Sequence record: PZ445429.1
From: a phage
DNA: 64,000 nt
Direction: 5' to 3' (one strand)
This document shows positions 18,844 through 27,177 of the stretch, piece by piece. The position numbers and the translations under genes are program-made. The notes beneath the pieces were generated by a model. The model was not told the origin of the DNA. It worked only from the letters and a program-made list of their open reading frames with translations, and made no database searches. Every line of letters starts with the position of its first letter. Positions within the stretch are counted from its first letter, which is position 1.

Positions 18844-19839
18844 TTAAGCCGGCAGTTTAGCCTGCAGACCAGCCAGAGTCTGAGTGATAGCACCAAGACT
18901 TACAGCGATTTGGTTGATTACCTGACCGTTAGCACCACTACCCTGAGCGATAGCTTCACGCAGACGGCATTCGTTCAGTTCGTCCTGAATACGCGCAGTA
19001 GTTACACCAGCGATTGCAGACTGAAGTTCACAGCAGCATTCAGCGATCTGACGTTCCAGAGCGTTCTGGTTAGCACAAGCCTGAGCAGCTACAGCAGCGA
19101 ACTGGTTGTTAGTCTGGATAGACTGAGCAAACATGATCTGAGCGGTATCGAACTTGTCTTGAGCACGTGCGATCTGGTTAGCAGCGAAAGCTTGATCCAT
19201 CTGGCGAGAAAGATCGAACTGACCCTGAATAACGTTACGAGTTTCCTGACAGATCTGGTTGGACAGGTTAGCACCAGTACCGTAGATCGTAGTCAGAAGC
19301 TGTTGAGTACTAGCAGCTTGAGCAGCTCCTACACCATTTACTGCACTCAGAACAGCACCAGTACCCTGATTAGCTTCAGTACGAGTAGTGTTGATTGCAG
19401 CTAGAATACTTGCAGTATCCTGGTTAGAAAGGATCGCGTCCACAGCAGTTCCCTCAGCGGCAACACCAGCACCGCGGCCAAAACCACCGAAACCACCGAA
19501 TCCACCTGTTAATAGAGCACCGATTAAGATAGCTCCGAATAGACCCATACCTTCACCACCGAAAGCACCGTTAGCAACTGCTGGGTAACCACCCATTAGG
19601 CCAGGGAAGCCACTAGTGAATACGTTTACTGGTTCTTGCATTTTATGTTTTCCATGTTTATGACAATGTTCATCATCGTCATCTTCTTCATCATCTTCAT
19701 CGTGTTCACGATGTTCTTTTTCGTAGGCTTTGACCTTCTCCCACTTTTTCTTGTCTGATTCTTCGTGACGACGCAGTTCTGCTGCTACGCCAGCGACCGT
19801 ATCAGGACTCTTAGCTACTTCTTCTGTCATTTTTGACAC
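18844..19839 (-). CDS. His/acidic N-terminus plus glycine-zipper membrane segment protein (331 aa)
   Basis: minus-strand ORF with RBS GGAGGTG; HREHDEDDEEDDDDEHCHKHGKHK then GGFGGFGGFGRGAG then Ala/Gln-rich domain with CCC motif. Confidence 0.55.
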   Translation of the reverse strand: MSKMTEEVAKSPDTVAGVAAELRRHEESDKKKWEKVKAYEKEHREHDEDDEEDDDDEHCHKHGKHKMQEPVNVFTSGFPGLMGGYPAVANGAFGGEGMGLFGAILIGALLTGGFGGFGGFGRGAGVAAEGTAVDAILSNQDTASILAAINTTRTEANQGTGAVLSAVNGVGAAQAASTQQLLTTIYGTGANLSNQICQETRNVIQGQFDLSRQMDQAFAANQIARAQDKFDTAQIMFAQSIQTNNQFAAVAAQACANQNALERQIAECCCELQSAIAGVTTARIQDELNECRLREAIAQGSGANGQVINQIAVSLGAITQTLAGLQAKLPA

Positions 19840-20036
19840 CTCCTAGTATATAGAAAATGTGTGTCTCTTTGATCACTCATCCATAACATATACTTTACAC
19901 TACCCCAGCGAAAATGTCAAGGGGTCTTTAAAAATTGCCCCCGGATTTTTAGTGGGGTAACAATTTCTGGACCTCACCACTCACCTGCTACCCTTAAGTG
20001 CCCTGCGATTTTCCACTAAAAAGTTTAAAAATTCGA

Positions 20037-20065
20037 TTGCTTGAATGCTAAATTCTCTATATAAT
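20037..20065 (+). promoter_or_regulatory. early promoter TTGCTT-N17-TATAAT (nadR-pnuC)
   Basis: family consensus. Confidence 0.6.
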
Positions 20066-20095
20066 ATATTTATAAATTTGAGAGAGGAATCAAAT

Positions 20096-21151
20096 ATGAT
20101 TAAGACTGGTCTAGTAATTGGTAAGTTCGCACCATTAACGCGTGGTCATATTAACCTAATAAACACAGCAGCAACTATGTGTGAACGAGTTATTGTTGTA
20201 GTTAGTCATGATAATCGTTGGCTGGATAAGCAGAACACACGTGATCAGGAAGTATTACAGTTAAAGAATCGACTTCGTTGGTTAGAACAAACTTACGCGG
20301 ATATTGAGCACATTTCGGTAGAGTACATTATTGAAGATGATATTCCTGAATATCCGAATGGTTGGCCGGAATATGCTAGAATCCTTAATGAAAATTACGG
20401 ACATTTGCCTGAGATCACCATTTTCTCTAGCGAACTAGACTATGATGCAGAATATAAGAAATATCTGCCGAAGTTTGGTCATTATATTGTAGATTCTGAT
20501 CGGACTCGTGTTCCAATCTCAGCTACAATGATTCGTAATGATCTTATGAAGTATTGGGAGTTTCTTCCTAGCGTAGTTCGTAAAGATTACGTGCGTAAGG
20601 TTGTAATCATTGGGACTGAAAGCTCGGGAAAGACTACTTTAACAAAATACCTTGCGAAGCTATACAACACTTCGTGGGTAGAAGAATATGGCCGAACGTA
20701 TTGTGAAGTTGATCTAGTTGGTAACGAAAATCTACTTACCAGTGAAGATTATAGTAAAATTGCGTTCAGACACAAAGAGCTAGAGTTTGAAGCAGAACGT
20801 ACTGCAAATAAGATCATGTTTGTGGATACAAATGCTTTTATTACTGAGTTCTACCACAGACTTTATGAACATCGTAAGAATCCTGTGGTTACAGCAATTG
20901 CAAAAGAAGAACATTACGATTTAGTAATTGTTCTAGCGCCTACTGTTAAGTGGGTAGATGATGGTTTACGTATTAACTCCGATCGTTCAATTACTTCTGA
21001 ACTGTTCGAGCAGATGAAGAAAGAATTTCCAAATCAGTTCCCTGAAGGGCGTACTGTTTACATCGACTCCCCGGACTACAAAGTTCGTATGGACGAAGCA
21101 GTAAACGCAGTAGACTGGCTGATTCATCACTTTAACGTTGGAGAGTTTTAA
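20096..21151 (+). CDS. nadR: NadR-like bifunctional NMN adenylyltransferase / ribosylnicotinamide kinase
   Basis: GKFAPLTRGH nucleotidyltransferase (H/T)xGH motif; second P-loop VIIGTESSGKTTL; promoter 20037-20065. Confidence 0.7.
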   Translation: MIKTGLVIGKFAPLTRGHINLINTAATMCERVIVVVSHDNRWLDKQNTRDQEVLQLKNRLRWLEQTYADIEHISVEYIIEDDIPEYPNGWPEYARILNENYGHLPEITIFSSELDYDAEYKKYLPKFGHYIVDSDRTRVPISATMIRNDLMKYWEFLPSVVRKDYVRKVVIIGTESSGKTTLTKYLAKLYNTSWVEEYGRTYCEVDLVGNENLLTSEDYSKIAFRHKELEFEAERTANKIMFVDTNAFITEFYHRLYEHRKNPVVTAIAKEEHYDLVIVLAPTVKWVDDGLRINSDRSITSELFEQMKKEFPNQFPEGRTVYIDSPDYKVRMDEAVNAVDWLIHHFNVGEF

Positions 21152-21152
21152 T

Positions 21153-21830
21153 ATGACTAACTATCTTGTAAATGACTTTAAAAACTGGAAACCTTTGGAA
21201 TATCTGTGGCTGTTTATAGCAGTCGCCTTTATTAGTTTAGCAAACTATAATGGTACAGCTCTAGATTGGGCTACTGCAATAACCAATGTGGTTTGTGTTA
21301 TTCTGGTTGCAAAAGGACGTGTTTCCAACTATATTTGGGGCTTAGTGGGTGTTCTTACATACGGTATTACAGCTTTAAACGCAGATCTTTATGGTAATGC
21401 TGCACTAAACCTGCTATACTACGTTCCTATGCAGTTTTATGGAATGTACTTATGGCATAAAAATAAGCCAAGTAATCTGCCAGATGTTCCAACTAAGGTT
21501 CTGAATAAAGCCCAAGCTCTGCTGACTCTAGGGATTCTAGCAGTAGCTACTTTAGGTTACGGCAGCTTCCTTGCTACTACCGCTGATCCATTCCCAATGC
21601 TTGACGCATTTACTGCGGTTGGTAGTGTGATTGCTATGTGGCTTATGGTCAAACAATATGCTGAACAATGGCTGATTTGGATTGTTATTAACATTGGTAC
21701 TGTGTACATTTGGCTTGTAACTGCTCAATCTACAGGTGCATCTTACGCAATCCTAGCAATGTGGCTAGTATTCTTAGGCAACTCTATTCTTGGAGCTTAT
21801 AAAGGATACTTTGTACGCGTTAACAAATAA
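21153..21830 (+). CDS. pnuC: PnuC-like nicotinamide riboside transporter
   Basis: multi-TM protein, translationally coupled to nadR, WGLVGVLTYGITAL / Trp-rich PnuC-like helices. Confidence 0.6.
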   Translation: MTNYLVNDFKNWKPLEYLWLFIAVAFISLANYNGTALDWATAITNVVCVILVAKGRVSNYIWGLVGVLTYGITALNADLYGNAALNLLYYVPMQFYGMYLWHKNKPSNLPDVPTKVLNKAQALLTLGILAVATLGYGSFLATTADPFPMLDAFTAVGSVIAMWLMVKQYAEQWLIWIVINIGTVYIWLVTAQSTGASYAILAMWLVFLGNSILGAYKGYFVRVNK

Positions 21831-21837
21831 AGTAGTT

Positions 21838-21862
21838 ATAGCCCTCTAAGCGAGGGCTATTA
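21838..21862 (+). terminator. hairpin terminator after pnuC
   Basis: ATAGCCCTC-TAAGC-GAGGGCTAT. Confidence 0.55.
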
Positions 21863-21940
21863 TACAGAAATTTTCACTTGCTTAATATAGAAAATTTCTG
21901 TATAATATATTTATAAATTCGAGAGAGAGAGGAATCAAAC

Positions 21941-22237
21941 ATGAAACGCATTGTACTTGCATTGACTCTAGTATCTACTTCTGTATTTGCTGCTCCGCAA
22001 CAGGAACTTTGTCAAGTTCAGGTTTGTAATAAGTTAGAACGATTTACTTTGGATATTTGGTCACACATTAAAGATAATATGGGTGAACAGTGTTTTGATA
22101 TTGTTCTGCCAAAAGAGCAGGCTGTTCCTGGTGCTGTTCTTAGCTCAGAGTCACGTTGGTGGCAGGGTTCTTCTATCAACCCAACTAAGAAGTCAGTGAC
22201 ACGTATCAAACAGGTATATCAGTGCAATGTTCAGTAA
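21941..22237 (+). CDS. secreted Cys-containing protein (98 aa)
   Basis: signal peptide MKRIVLALTLVSTSVFA; promoter upstream. Confidence 0.5.
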   Translation: MKRIVLALTLVSTSVFAAPQQELCQVQVCNKLERFTLDIWSHIKDNMGEQCFDIVLPKEQAVPGAVLSSESRWWQGSSINPTKKSVTRIKQVYQCNVQ

Positions 22238-22246
22238 AATTTCACT

Positions 22247-22276
22247 TGCTTAATGCCGAAATTTTCTGTATAATAT
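22247..22276 (+). promoter_or_regulatory. early promoter TTGCTT-N17-TATAAT driving the first tRNA block
   Basis: TTTCACTTGCTT ... CTGTATAATAT immediately upstream of tRNA-Ser. Confidence 0.55.
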
Positions 22277-22288
22277 ATTCATAAATTT

Positions 22289-22382
22289 GGAAGATTAACC
22301 CTAAAGGTAAGGGAGCTGTTTGCTAAACAGCCAGTAACTGTGGATACACGGTGTGCCAGTTCGAATCTGGCATCTTCCTCCA
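22289..22382 (+). tRNA. tRNA-Ser (anticodon GCU), type II
   Basis: acceptor GGAAGAU/AUCUUCC, anticodon loop UUGCUAA, long variable arm, T-loop UUCGAAU, CCA. Confidence 0.65.
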
Positions 22383-22387
22383 AATTT

Positions 22388-22465
22388 GGTTCTCAAGCTC
22401 ATTTGGTATGAGCCGTCGCCTCATAAGCGAAAGGTAGGTAGGTTCGAATCCTCCGGGAGCCACCA
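22388..22465 (+). tRNA. tRNA with CAU anticodon (Met, fMet or Ile-lysidine)
   Basis: anticodon loop CUCAUAA; T-loop UUCGAAU; CCA; 17 nt before ORF start 22483. Confidence 0.6.
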
Positions 22466-22482
22466 ATTAATTAGGAGACTAT

Positions 22483-22668
22483 ATGTCTAGATTCTACGAA
22501 ATGAAGAAAGCATTAGAAGAATGTCGGTGTAAGGACTGTCATGGTGGTGGTAGGCAGGATGATGCAGAACCTGGGGATATTTTCTGTAGAGAATGGGAAT
22601 GTCCTACATGTAAAGGTACTGGTATCAACCCTGAATATGCAATTTGTCTAGACATTGAGCGAGGCTAA
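22483..22668 (+). CDS. zinc-ribbon protein (61 aa)
   Basis: CRCKDC ... CPTCKG Cys pairs; RBS AGGAG. Confidence 0.5.
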   Translation: MSRFYEMKKALEECRCKDCHGGGRQDDAEPGDIFCREWECPTCKGTGINPEYAICLDIERG

Positions 22669-23008
22669 GATGGATATTTTTACTACTCCGGCAATAAACC
22701 TTTTAGGTGTTGGCTTGTTCCAAGCTACGGTGTATCGTACTGATGATTCTACTGATGTGGTAACGTTCATCGTACCTGAGTTCTTCCTAGAAAAGTTCTT
22801 TGAAGAGTTTGAGCAGTTCCGTGAAGAACACAATGCTCATTCCGATATGGAAGATCTAGCAGCTATGTTCCCTGTGGTTTACGGCTATATCTTTGAAGGT
22901 AATGGCCTAGATCTTAATAAATCTGAACTCGTTGAACTTAACTGGGGCATCAATTTTGAAGTTGGCTCTCCATTTCCTCGATATTTCCAGGGTTTAGAGA
23001 TTCGATAA
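22655..23008 (+). CDS. hypothetical protein (117 aa)
   Basis: ORF overlapping previous by 14 nt. Confidence 0.5.
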   Translation: MSEAKMDIFTTPAINLLGVGLFQATVYRTDDSTDVVTFIVPEFFLEKFFEEFEQFREEHNAHSDMEDLAAMFPVVYGYIFEGNGLDLNKSELVELNWGINFEVGSPFPRYFQGLEIR

Positions 23009-23016
23009 GATTACAT

Positions 23017-23093
23017 GGGGGTGTAATCGAATTGGCATAGGTACTGGACTTAAAATTCAGGTTTTGTGGGTTCGAATCCCACCACCCCTACCA
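23017..23093 (+). tRNA. tRNA with UAA anticodon (Leu-decoding by anticodon) but short variable loop
   Basis: acceptor GGGGGUG/CACCCCU, anticodon stem CUGGA/UUCAG loop CUUAAAA, T-loop UUCGAAU, discriminator A, CCA. Confidence 0.5.
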
Positions 23094-23244
23094 AATTAAG
23101 GAAATAAAATGAAAGCTAGTAAGAAAGCACTACGTAAATTTATGTACTGTCGTTTTCATAGCATCAAGACTTCAACTAATGGTACGACTTATGATCGCTA
23201 TGATCCTAAGTTTGGCTTACATTCTAAATAACTGGAGAAAACAA

Positions 23245-23451
23245 ATGGCTAATCCTGAAATTACGGCACAGCGCTTTATGCTAAAAGGTATTATTGCTGA
23301 AGCAGGCGTGACACAAGAAGTGGAAGATTTCCATAAGCAGTTCCTAAATATTCTCACTCAAGCCAAAGAGCTAGGAGAGAAAGAACATGGCGCGGCTATT
23401 ATGGCAATCACATTGGTTGGGCTTGATCTGGCAGAAGAATCAGGAGTTTAA
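23245..23451 (+). CDS. hypothetical protein (68 aa)
   Basis: ATG 23245 after RBS GGAGAAAA (track start 23179 lacks RBS). Confidence 0.45.
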   Translation: MANPEITAQRFMLKGIIAEAGVTQEVEDFHKQFLNILTQAKELGEKEHGAAIMAITLVGLDLAEESGV

Positions 23452-23541
23452 CTCCTCCAAGCAGAAATTTTAAAAATGTACTTGCCTTTTGCTTTAAATT
23501 TCTGGTATAATAGTTATATAAATTGATGAAGGAGTTAACGA

Positions 23542-23817
23542 ATGCAAAATCGTGTTATAGCAACTGGTATTGAAAGTGCAATCTGTAAATCCTGGGAAGG
23601 CTGGGAAGGTGAGATTGAATGGCTTTATTTCTACGATGTAGAACTTCTGCCGGAAGTTAAAGCTAAATGTGTTGAAGCTGGCATGGCTCCAGATGCAAAA
23701 GCTGATATTGATATTTCAATGTCTGAACTTAAAGGTCGTGTAATTACTGTTAGTGATGAGGGCGAAGAAGTTTTCGAACTTCCATTCTCCTTAACTGTCA
23801 CTCCTAAGTTCGATTAA
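23542..23817 (+). CDS. hypothetical protein (91 aa)
   Basis: promoter ~23481-23509, RBS GAAGGAG. Confidence 0.5.
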   Translation: MQNRVIATGIESAICKSWEGWEGEIEWLYFYDVELLPEVKAKCVEAGMAPDAKADIDISMSELKGRVITVSDEGEEVFELPFSLTVTPKFD

Positions 23818-24007
23818 CTAATACAGCACTTAGCAAGTTCTTTAAAATTTGACTTGCTCAGTGCCTTAAAACTTGATATAATAGTTATCTAATTTGGAAA
23901 ACATATCTGAATGAGAAGTAACTAAGCGAGTTGCTTTTAGGGGTAAAGTCAGGATTTCCTGAAATATTCCACTTTGAGTTTAACCGACTTACTTTTCATT
24001 CAAATAT

Positions 24008-24088
24008 GGGGGATTGGCTCAGTGGCGACGGCGCCTGGCTGTAGACCGGGTATATCACGCGGAGGTTCGAGTCCTCCATCCCCCACCA
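24008..24088 (+). tRNA. tRNA-Tyr (anticodon GUA), type II
   Basis: acceptor GGGGGAU/AUCCCCC, anticodon loop CUGUAGA, long variable arm, T-loop UUCGAGU, CCA. Confidence 0.6.
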
Positions 24089-24096
24089 AAATTAAT

Positions 24097-24171
24097 GCAC
24101 CTATCGTCTAATGGTTAGGACATCAGGATTTCAATCTGAGAATCGGAGTTCAATTCTCCGTGGGTGTGCCA
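24097..24171 (+). tRNA. tRNA-Glu (anticodon UUC)
   Basis: D-stem GUCU/GGAC, anticodon stem UCAGG/UCUGA loop AUUUCAA, T-loop UUCAAUU, CCA. Confidence 0.55.
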
Positions 24172-24180
24172 ATTAATAAT

Positions 24181-24251
24181 TGGGGTACGCATAGGTTGCT
24201 AGTGGGCCTCCAAAACCCATGAAAAGGTTTCGAATACCTTTACCCCTGCCA
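24181..24251 (+). tRNA. tRNA-Trp (anticodon CCA), compact
   Basis: anticodon loop CUCCAAA, T-stem AAGGU/ACCUU loop UUCGAAU, discriminator G, CCA; U1:U72 and C31:A39 mismatches. Confidence 0.5.
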
Positions 24252-24257
24252 ATATTT

Positions 24258-24332
24258 GCACCTTTAGCTGAGATGGATTAGCGCTTGCCTGAAGAGCTTG
24301 AGAGGTTGGATCGTTACCAACGGGGTGCACCA
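24258..24332 (+). tRNA. tRNA, anticodon unresolved (non-canonical T-loop AUCGUUA)
   Basis: acceptor GCACCUU/GGGGUGC plus CCA; anticodon arm could not be folded cleanly by hand. Confidence 0.35.
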
Positions 24333-24334
24333 AT

Positions 24335-24622
24335 TTGAAGGAGATGCTGATGCATCCTGAAAACTTCTTTATTTACTGTGCGGATAAGTCATTAAAACGC
24401 AGAATTAATAAAGTCTATCATTATCGTGCCAGTCAACAGCCTTATGTTTATGCTTTTGACGGAGATCACATCCCACTAGAACAATTGGCATGTGATTACA
24501 TGGTATTGAAGAACTTTGACGAGACAAAGATCTCAAGCGTTCATAATCGACAGAACCCGTTAACGTGGAAATATAAGAAGAAAAAGAAAGGCATCATATT
24601 TCTGAAAAATGTAGTTGCTTAA
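24335..24622 (+). CDS. hypothetical protein (95 aa)
   Basis: ORF immediately after tRNA block, RBS AAGGAG. Confidence 0.45.
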   Translation: MKEMLMHPENFFIYCADKSLKRRINKVYHYRASQQPYVYAFDGDHIPLEQLACDYMVLKNFDETKISSVHNRQNPLTWKYKKKKKGIIFLKNVVA

Positions 24623-24672
24623 CCACTTAAAGTTCTGTATAATTATTACATAAGTTGAACTGGAGAAGCAAC

Positions 24673-24897
24673 ATGACAGAACAAGAATTGAAAGAACGTA
24701 AGCTGGTAATGCTTCGCTTACTAAACATTTTCTCTGGTATGGATGGTGGTATTGACTTCATTCAACTACGCACTTTTGTAGAAGAAGCAGAAGGCGAGGC
24801 TATCACTAGGATTCTTAAACATATGGGTTTGTTACTAGATGCTGCTAATGTGGCTACTCAATATAAACTCAAAGATTTACCAGAGCGTGTTAAATGA
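24673..24897 (+). CDS. hypothetical protein (74 aa)
   Basis: ATG 24673 after RBS GGAGAAG. Confidence 0.45.
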   Translation: MTEQELKERKLVMLRLLNIFSGMDGGIDFIQLRTFVEEAEGEAITRILKHMGLLLDAANVATQYKLKDLPERVK

Positions 24898-25085
24898 AAA
24901 TGTTAGTTAAATTTAAGTGTTGTGGTTCTGAACATATTTTCACTCGTTATAGAGAGTTTAAGATGTGTGAGTGTGGTAAGTCAGGCTATGATGCTGGAGA
25001 TGGCTTTTATGCTAGATCTTTAGGACATTCTAAAGATCTAGAGTTTACTAATCTCGAAAAGCAAGATAAATCGACCGTTGGCTGA
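24894..25085 (+). CDS. small Cys-rich protein (63 aa)
   Basis: CCGSEH ... CECGKSG; 3' end overlaps start of tRNA-Cys. Confidence 0.4.
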   Translation: MKMLVKFKCCGSEHIFTRYREFKMCECGKSGYDAGDGFYARSLGHSKDLEFTNLEKQDKSTVG

Positions 25086-25147
25086 ATGGCTTAGGCGGAG
25101 GCCTGCAAAACCTCCTTATGTGAGTTCGAATCTCATGCGGTCGTCCA
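25072..25147 (+). tRNA. tRNA-Cys (anticodon GCA)
   Basis: acceptor CGACCGU/GCGGUCG, anticodon loop CUGCAAA, T-loop UUCGAAU, CCA; 5' end overlaps stop of ORF 24894-25085. Confidence 0.6.
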
Positions 25148-25153
25148 AATTTA

Positions 25154-25239
25154 GGGCCGTTGGCTGAATGGTTTAAGCGCCGGACTGTTAATCCGTATCC
25201 GCAAGGATAAAGTAGGTTCGACTCCTACACGGCCCGCCA
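25154..25239 (+). tRNA. type II-like tRNA, simplest fold gives anticodon GUU (Asn) with a 15-nt variable-arm hairpin
   Basis: acceptor GGGCCGU/ACGGCCC, anticodon loop CUGUUAA, variable hairpin AUCC-GCAA-GGAU, T-loop UUCGACU, CCA. Confidence 0.45.
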
Positions 25240-25266
25240 ATTTCATTAACAACTGAGGAAATAGAT

Positions 25267-25452
25267 ATGACAACTCGTGCAATTGCTCGACTAGAAGCTG
25301 ATCGTGATAATCTGATTAATAATATTAAGGTTCGTGGTAATATTATTAAGGCTCTGAAAGCTGAACTTCTTGAAGAACTTCAAGGTCAAGTAGAGCGTCG
25401 TGAAGCTCTAAAAGAGGTTGAGGAAGCTATCGAAAAACTCAAGGCTGAATAA
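25267..25452 (+). CDS. small coiled-coil protein (61 aa)
   Basis: RBS GAGGAAA. Confidence 0.45.
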   Translation: MTTRAIARLEADRDNLINNIKVRGNIIKALKAELLEELQGQVERREALKEVEEAIEKLKAE

Positions 25453-25455
25453 ATT

Positions 25456-26037
25456 ATGCACGGAATATCCTTACCCATTCCAGGGTTTGAGGAGTACTTA
25501 GTAAGTTTGGATGGGTTAGTATTTAGTATCAAATCAAACAAAATACTAACCCCAATAACCAGTAATTACGGATACTTATCTATACGTCTCCATAAAAATG
25601 GTCAACAGAGAAATACCGGTGTACATAGGATTTTAGCATGTGCATTTAAGAAATTACCAAGTCTAGACTCTGAACTAGAAGTTGACCATATTAACACAGA
25701 CATTACTTATTGGGGTCTTAATAACTTACAAGTGCTCACAAAAGAGCAGCATCTAGAAAAGACTTTAAAAGACAAAGGATTTAGTAAACTAAACCATGAT
25801 AATTGTTGTAAGGATTGTGGTAAAGCTATTTCTTTAAAAGCTGAAAAATGTCAGGAGTGCTCTTCACATAAACCAAAAGATATCTCTATAACTAAAGAAA
25901 TAATCGAGGTTACAGTAAGAGAGCTAGGCTGGTCAGGTGCAGGGAGAAAGTTAAGTTATTCAGATAATGGGTTGCGTAAAAGATACACTTCTTTAGGAGG
26001 CAATCCTAAAGAACTTAAAAAGTTAAAGGTACTATAG
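25456..26037 (+). CDS. HNH homing endonuclease with C-terminal zinc ribbon
   Basis: HRILACAF...EVDHINTD...NNLQVLTKEQH HNH core; CKDCGK...CQEC. Confidence 0.65.
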   Translation: MHGISLPIPGFEEYLVSLDGLVFSIKSNKILTPITSNYGYLSIRLHKNGQQRNTGVHRILACAFKKLPSLDSELEVDHINTDITYWGLNNLQVLTKEQHLEKTLKDKGFSKLNHDNCCKDCGKAISLKAEKCQECSSHKPKDISITKEIIEVTVRELGWSGAGRKLSYSDNGLRKRYTSLGGNPKELKKLKVL

Positions 26038-26102
26038 TCTAACGGTTAGGATACTCCCCTGTCACGGGAGAGGTAGGGTTTCGATTACCCTTAGTACCGC
26101 CA
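26028..26102 (+). tRNA. tRNA-Asp (anticodon GUC)
   Basis: acceptor GGUACUA/UAGUACC, anticodon stem CUCCC/GGGAG loop CUGUCAC, T-loop UUCGAUU, CCA. Confidence 0.7.
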
Positions 26103-26108
26103 AATTAT

Positions 26109-26185
26109 ACATCCATAGCTCAATTGGTTAGAGCTACCGCCTCTTAAGCGGTAGGTTCTAGGTTCAAGTCCTAGTGGGTGTACCA
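26109..26185 (+). tRNA. tRNA-Lys (anticodon CUU)
   Basis: anticodon stem ACCGC/GCGGU loop CUCUUAA, T-loop UUCAAGU, CCA. Confidence 0.65.
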
Positions 26186-26267
26186 AACATCAGAGCAGCG
26201 TGATGTACTGCAAAGACCCAAAGTCCGGGGTGGACTTCTTGATTCAAAGGAGCAGGCATTAATTATC

Positions 26268-26389
26268 ATTCTAGCGTGGTGGAGAGGGGACACCAGCTTG
26301 CCGAGGGTAGAAGCTCGTTCGATTCGAGTGAAAGAATGGTTCTCGTAAATCCGCACAAGTGATAGTAGGTTCAAGTCCTACCTAGATTG
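26268..26389 (+). ncRNA. tRNA-like element with ~45-nt insertion (interrupted or degenerate tRNA)
   Basis: terminal helix AUUCUAG/CUAGAUU (6 of 7 bp) encloses 122 nt ending in canonical T-arm GUAGG-UUCAAGU-CCUAC; no CCA. Confidence 0.25.
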
Positions 26390-26398
26390 ACTCATTAT

Positions 26399-26469
26399 GC
26401 GTTCGTAGTTAAAAGGTATAATTTTTGGTTGCCAACCAGAAGTTGAGGGTTCGATTCCCTCCGACCGCA
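26399..26469 (+). tRNA. tRNA-Gly (anticodon GCC), CCA not encoded
   Basis: D-stem GUUA/UAAU, anticodon stem UUUGG/CCAGA loop UUGCCAA, T-loop UUCGAUU; one acceptor mismatch. Confidence 0.5.
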
Positions 26470-26788
26470 CAAAATCTTTGTAGGTCGCGTCACTTATAGT
26501 GGGACTACAGGGTAAACAAGGCGATGAGTTTCCGGCCGGTTCTAGTCGCTGAAAATCCTCCCGACCAGGTAGGTGTAGGTAAACGAAAGTTTACTTATTG
26601 AGTAGGTTCCGATAGATCGGCGGGTCTATTCTGGCGTTTAAGAGAAGTCTCGCAAACTTCTTTGTCAGCCGTGGGGCTTGAACCCTCCAGGTGGCCTACG
26701 CAATAAGTAAATTTATTAAAAATTCATTTGCTATTTTGCTTAATTCTCTGTATAATATATCTTATAAAGTGTTGAGAAGGAAAGCAAA

Positions 26789-26986
26789 ATGAAAAAAGTT
26801 ATGTTACTATCTGTATTCTTACTCACTGGTTGCTTTAAATTTGATTCAACCATTAACAAGGAGTATGAATTTGCAAAAAATTTCTGTGGTGGAGAGAGTA
26901 AAATACAAAACTTCAGTATACACTCTACAATTCCTAGTACCATTTACTGCATAGATGGACGGAATATTAATATTCCACCACAATAA
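26789..26986 (+). CDS. small lipoprotein (65 aa)
   Basis: signal peptide with lipobox LLTGC; promoter ~26730-26758. Confidence 0.5.
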   Translation: MKKVMLLSVFLLTGCFKFDSTINKEYEFAKNFCGGESKIQNFSIHSTIPSTIYCIDGRNINIPPQ

Positions 26987-26995
26987 AAGAATATT

Positions 26996-27072
26996 CTCCG
27001 ATTAGCTCAATTGGCTAGAGTACACCGTTTGGGGCGGTGGGGTTGAAGGTTCGAGTCCTTCATTGGAGACCA
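26996..27072 (+). tRNA. tRNA-Pro (anticodon UGG)
   Basis: anticodon stem CACCG/CGGUG loop UUUGGGG, T-loop UUCGAGU, CCA. Confidence 0.65.
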
Positions 27073-27078
27073 AACAAT

Positions 27079-27156
27079 TGCGGGTTAGATCTTTGGTAGA
27101 GATCGCTAGTCTCATAAGCTAGAAAGAGGTAGGTTCGATTCCTACACCCGCTTCCA
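27079..27156 (+). tRNA. tRNA with CAU anticodon (second copy; Met/fMet/Ile-lysidine)
   Basis: anticodon stem CUAGU/GCUAG loop CUCAUAA, T-loop UUCGAUU, CCA. Confidence 0.6.
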
Positions 27157-27177
27157 ATTTAATAGAAGGATTTCGAA

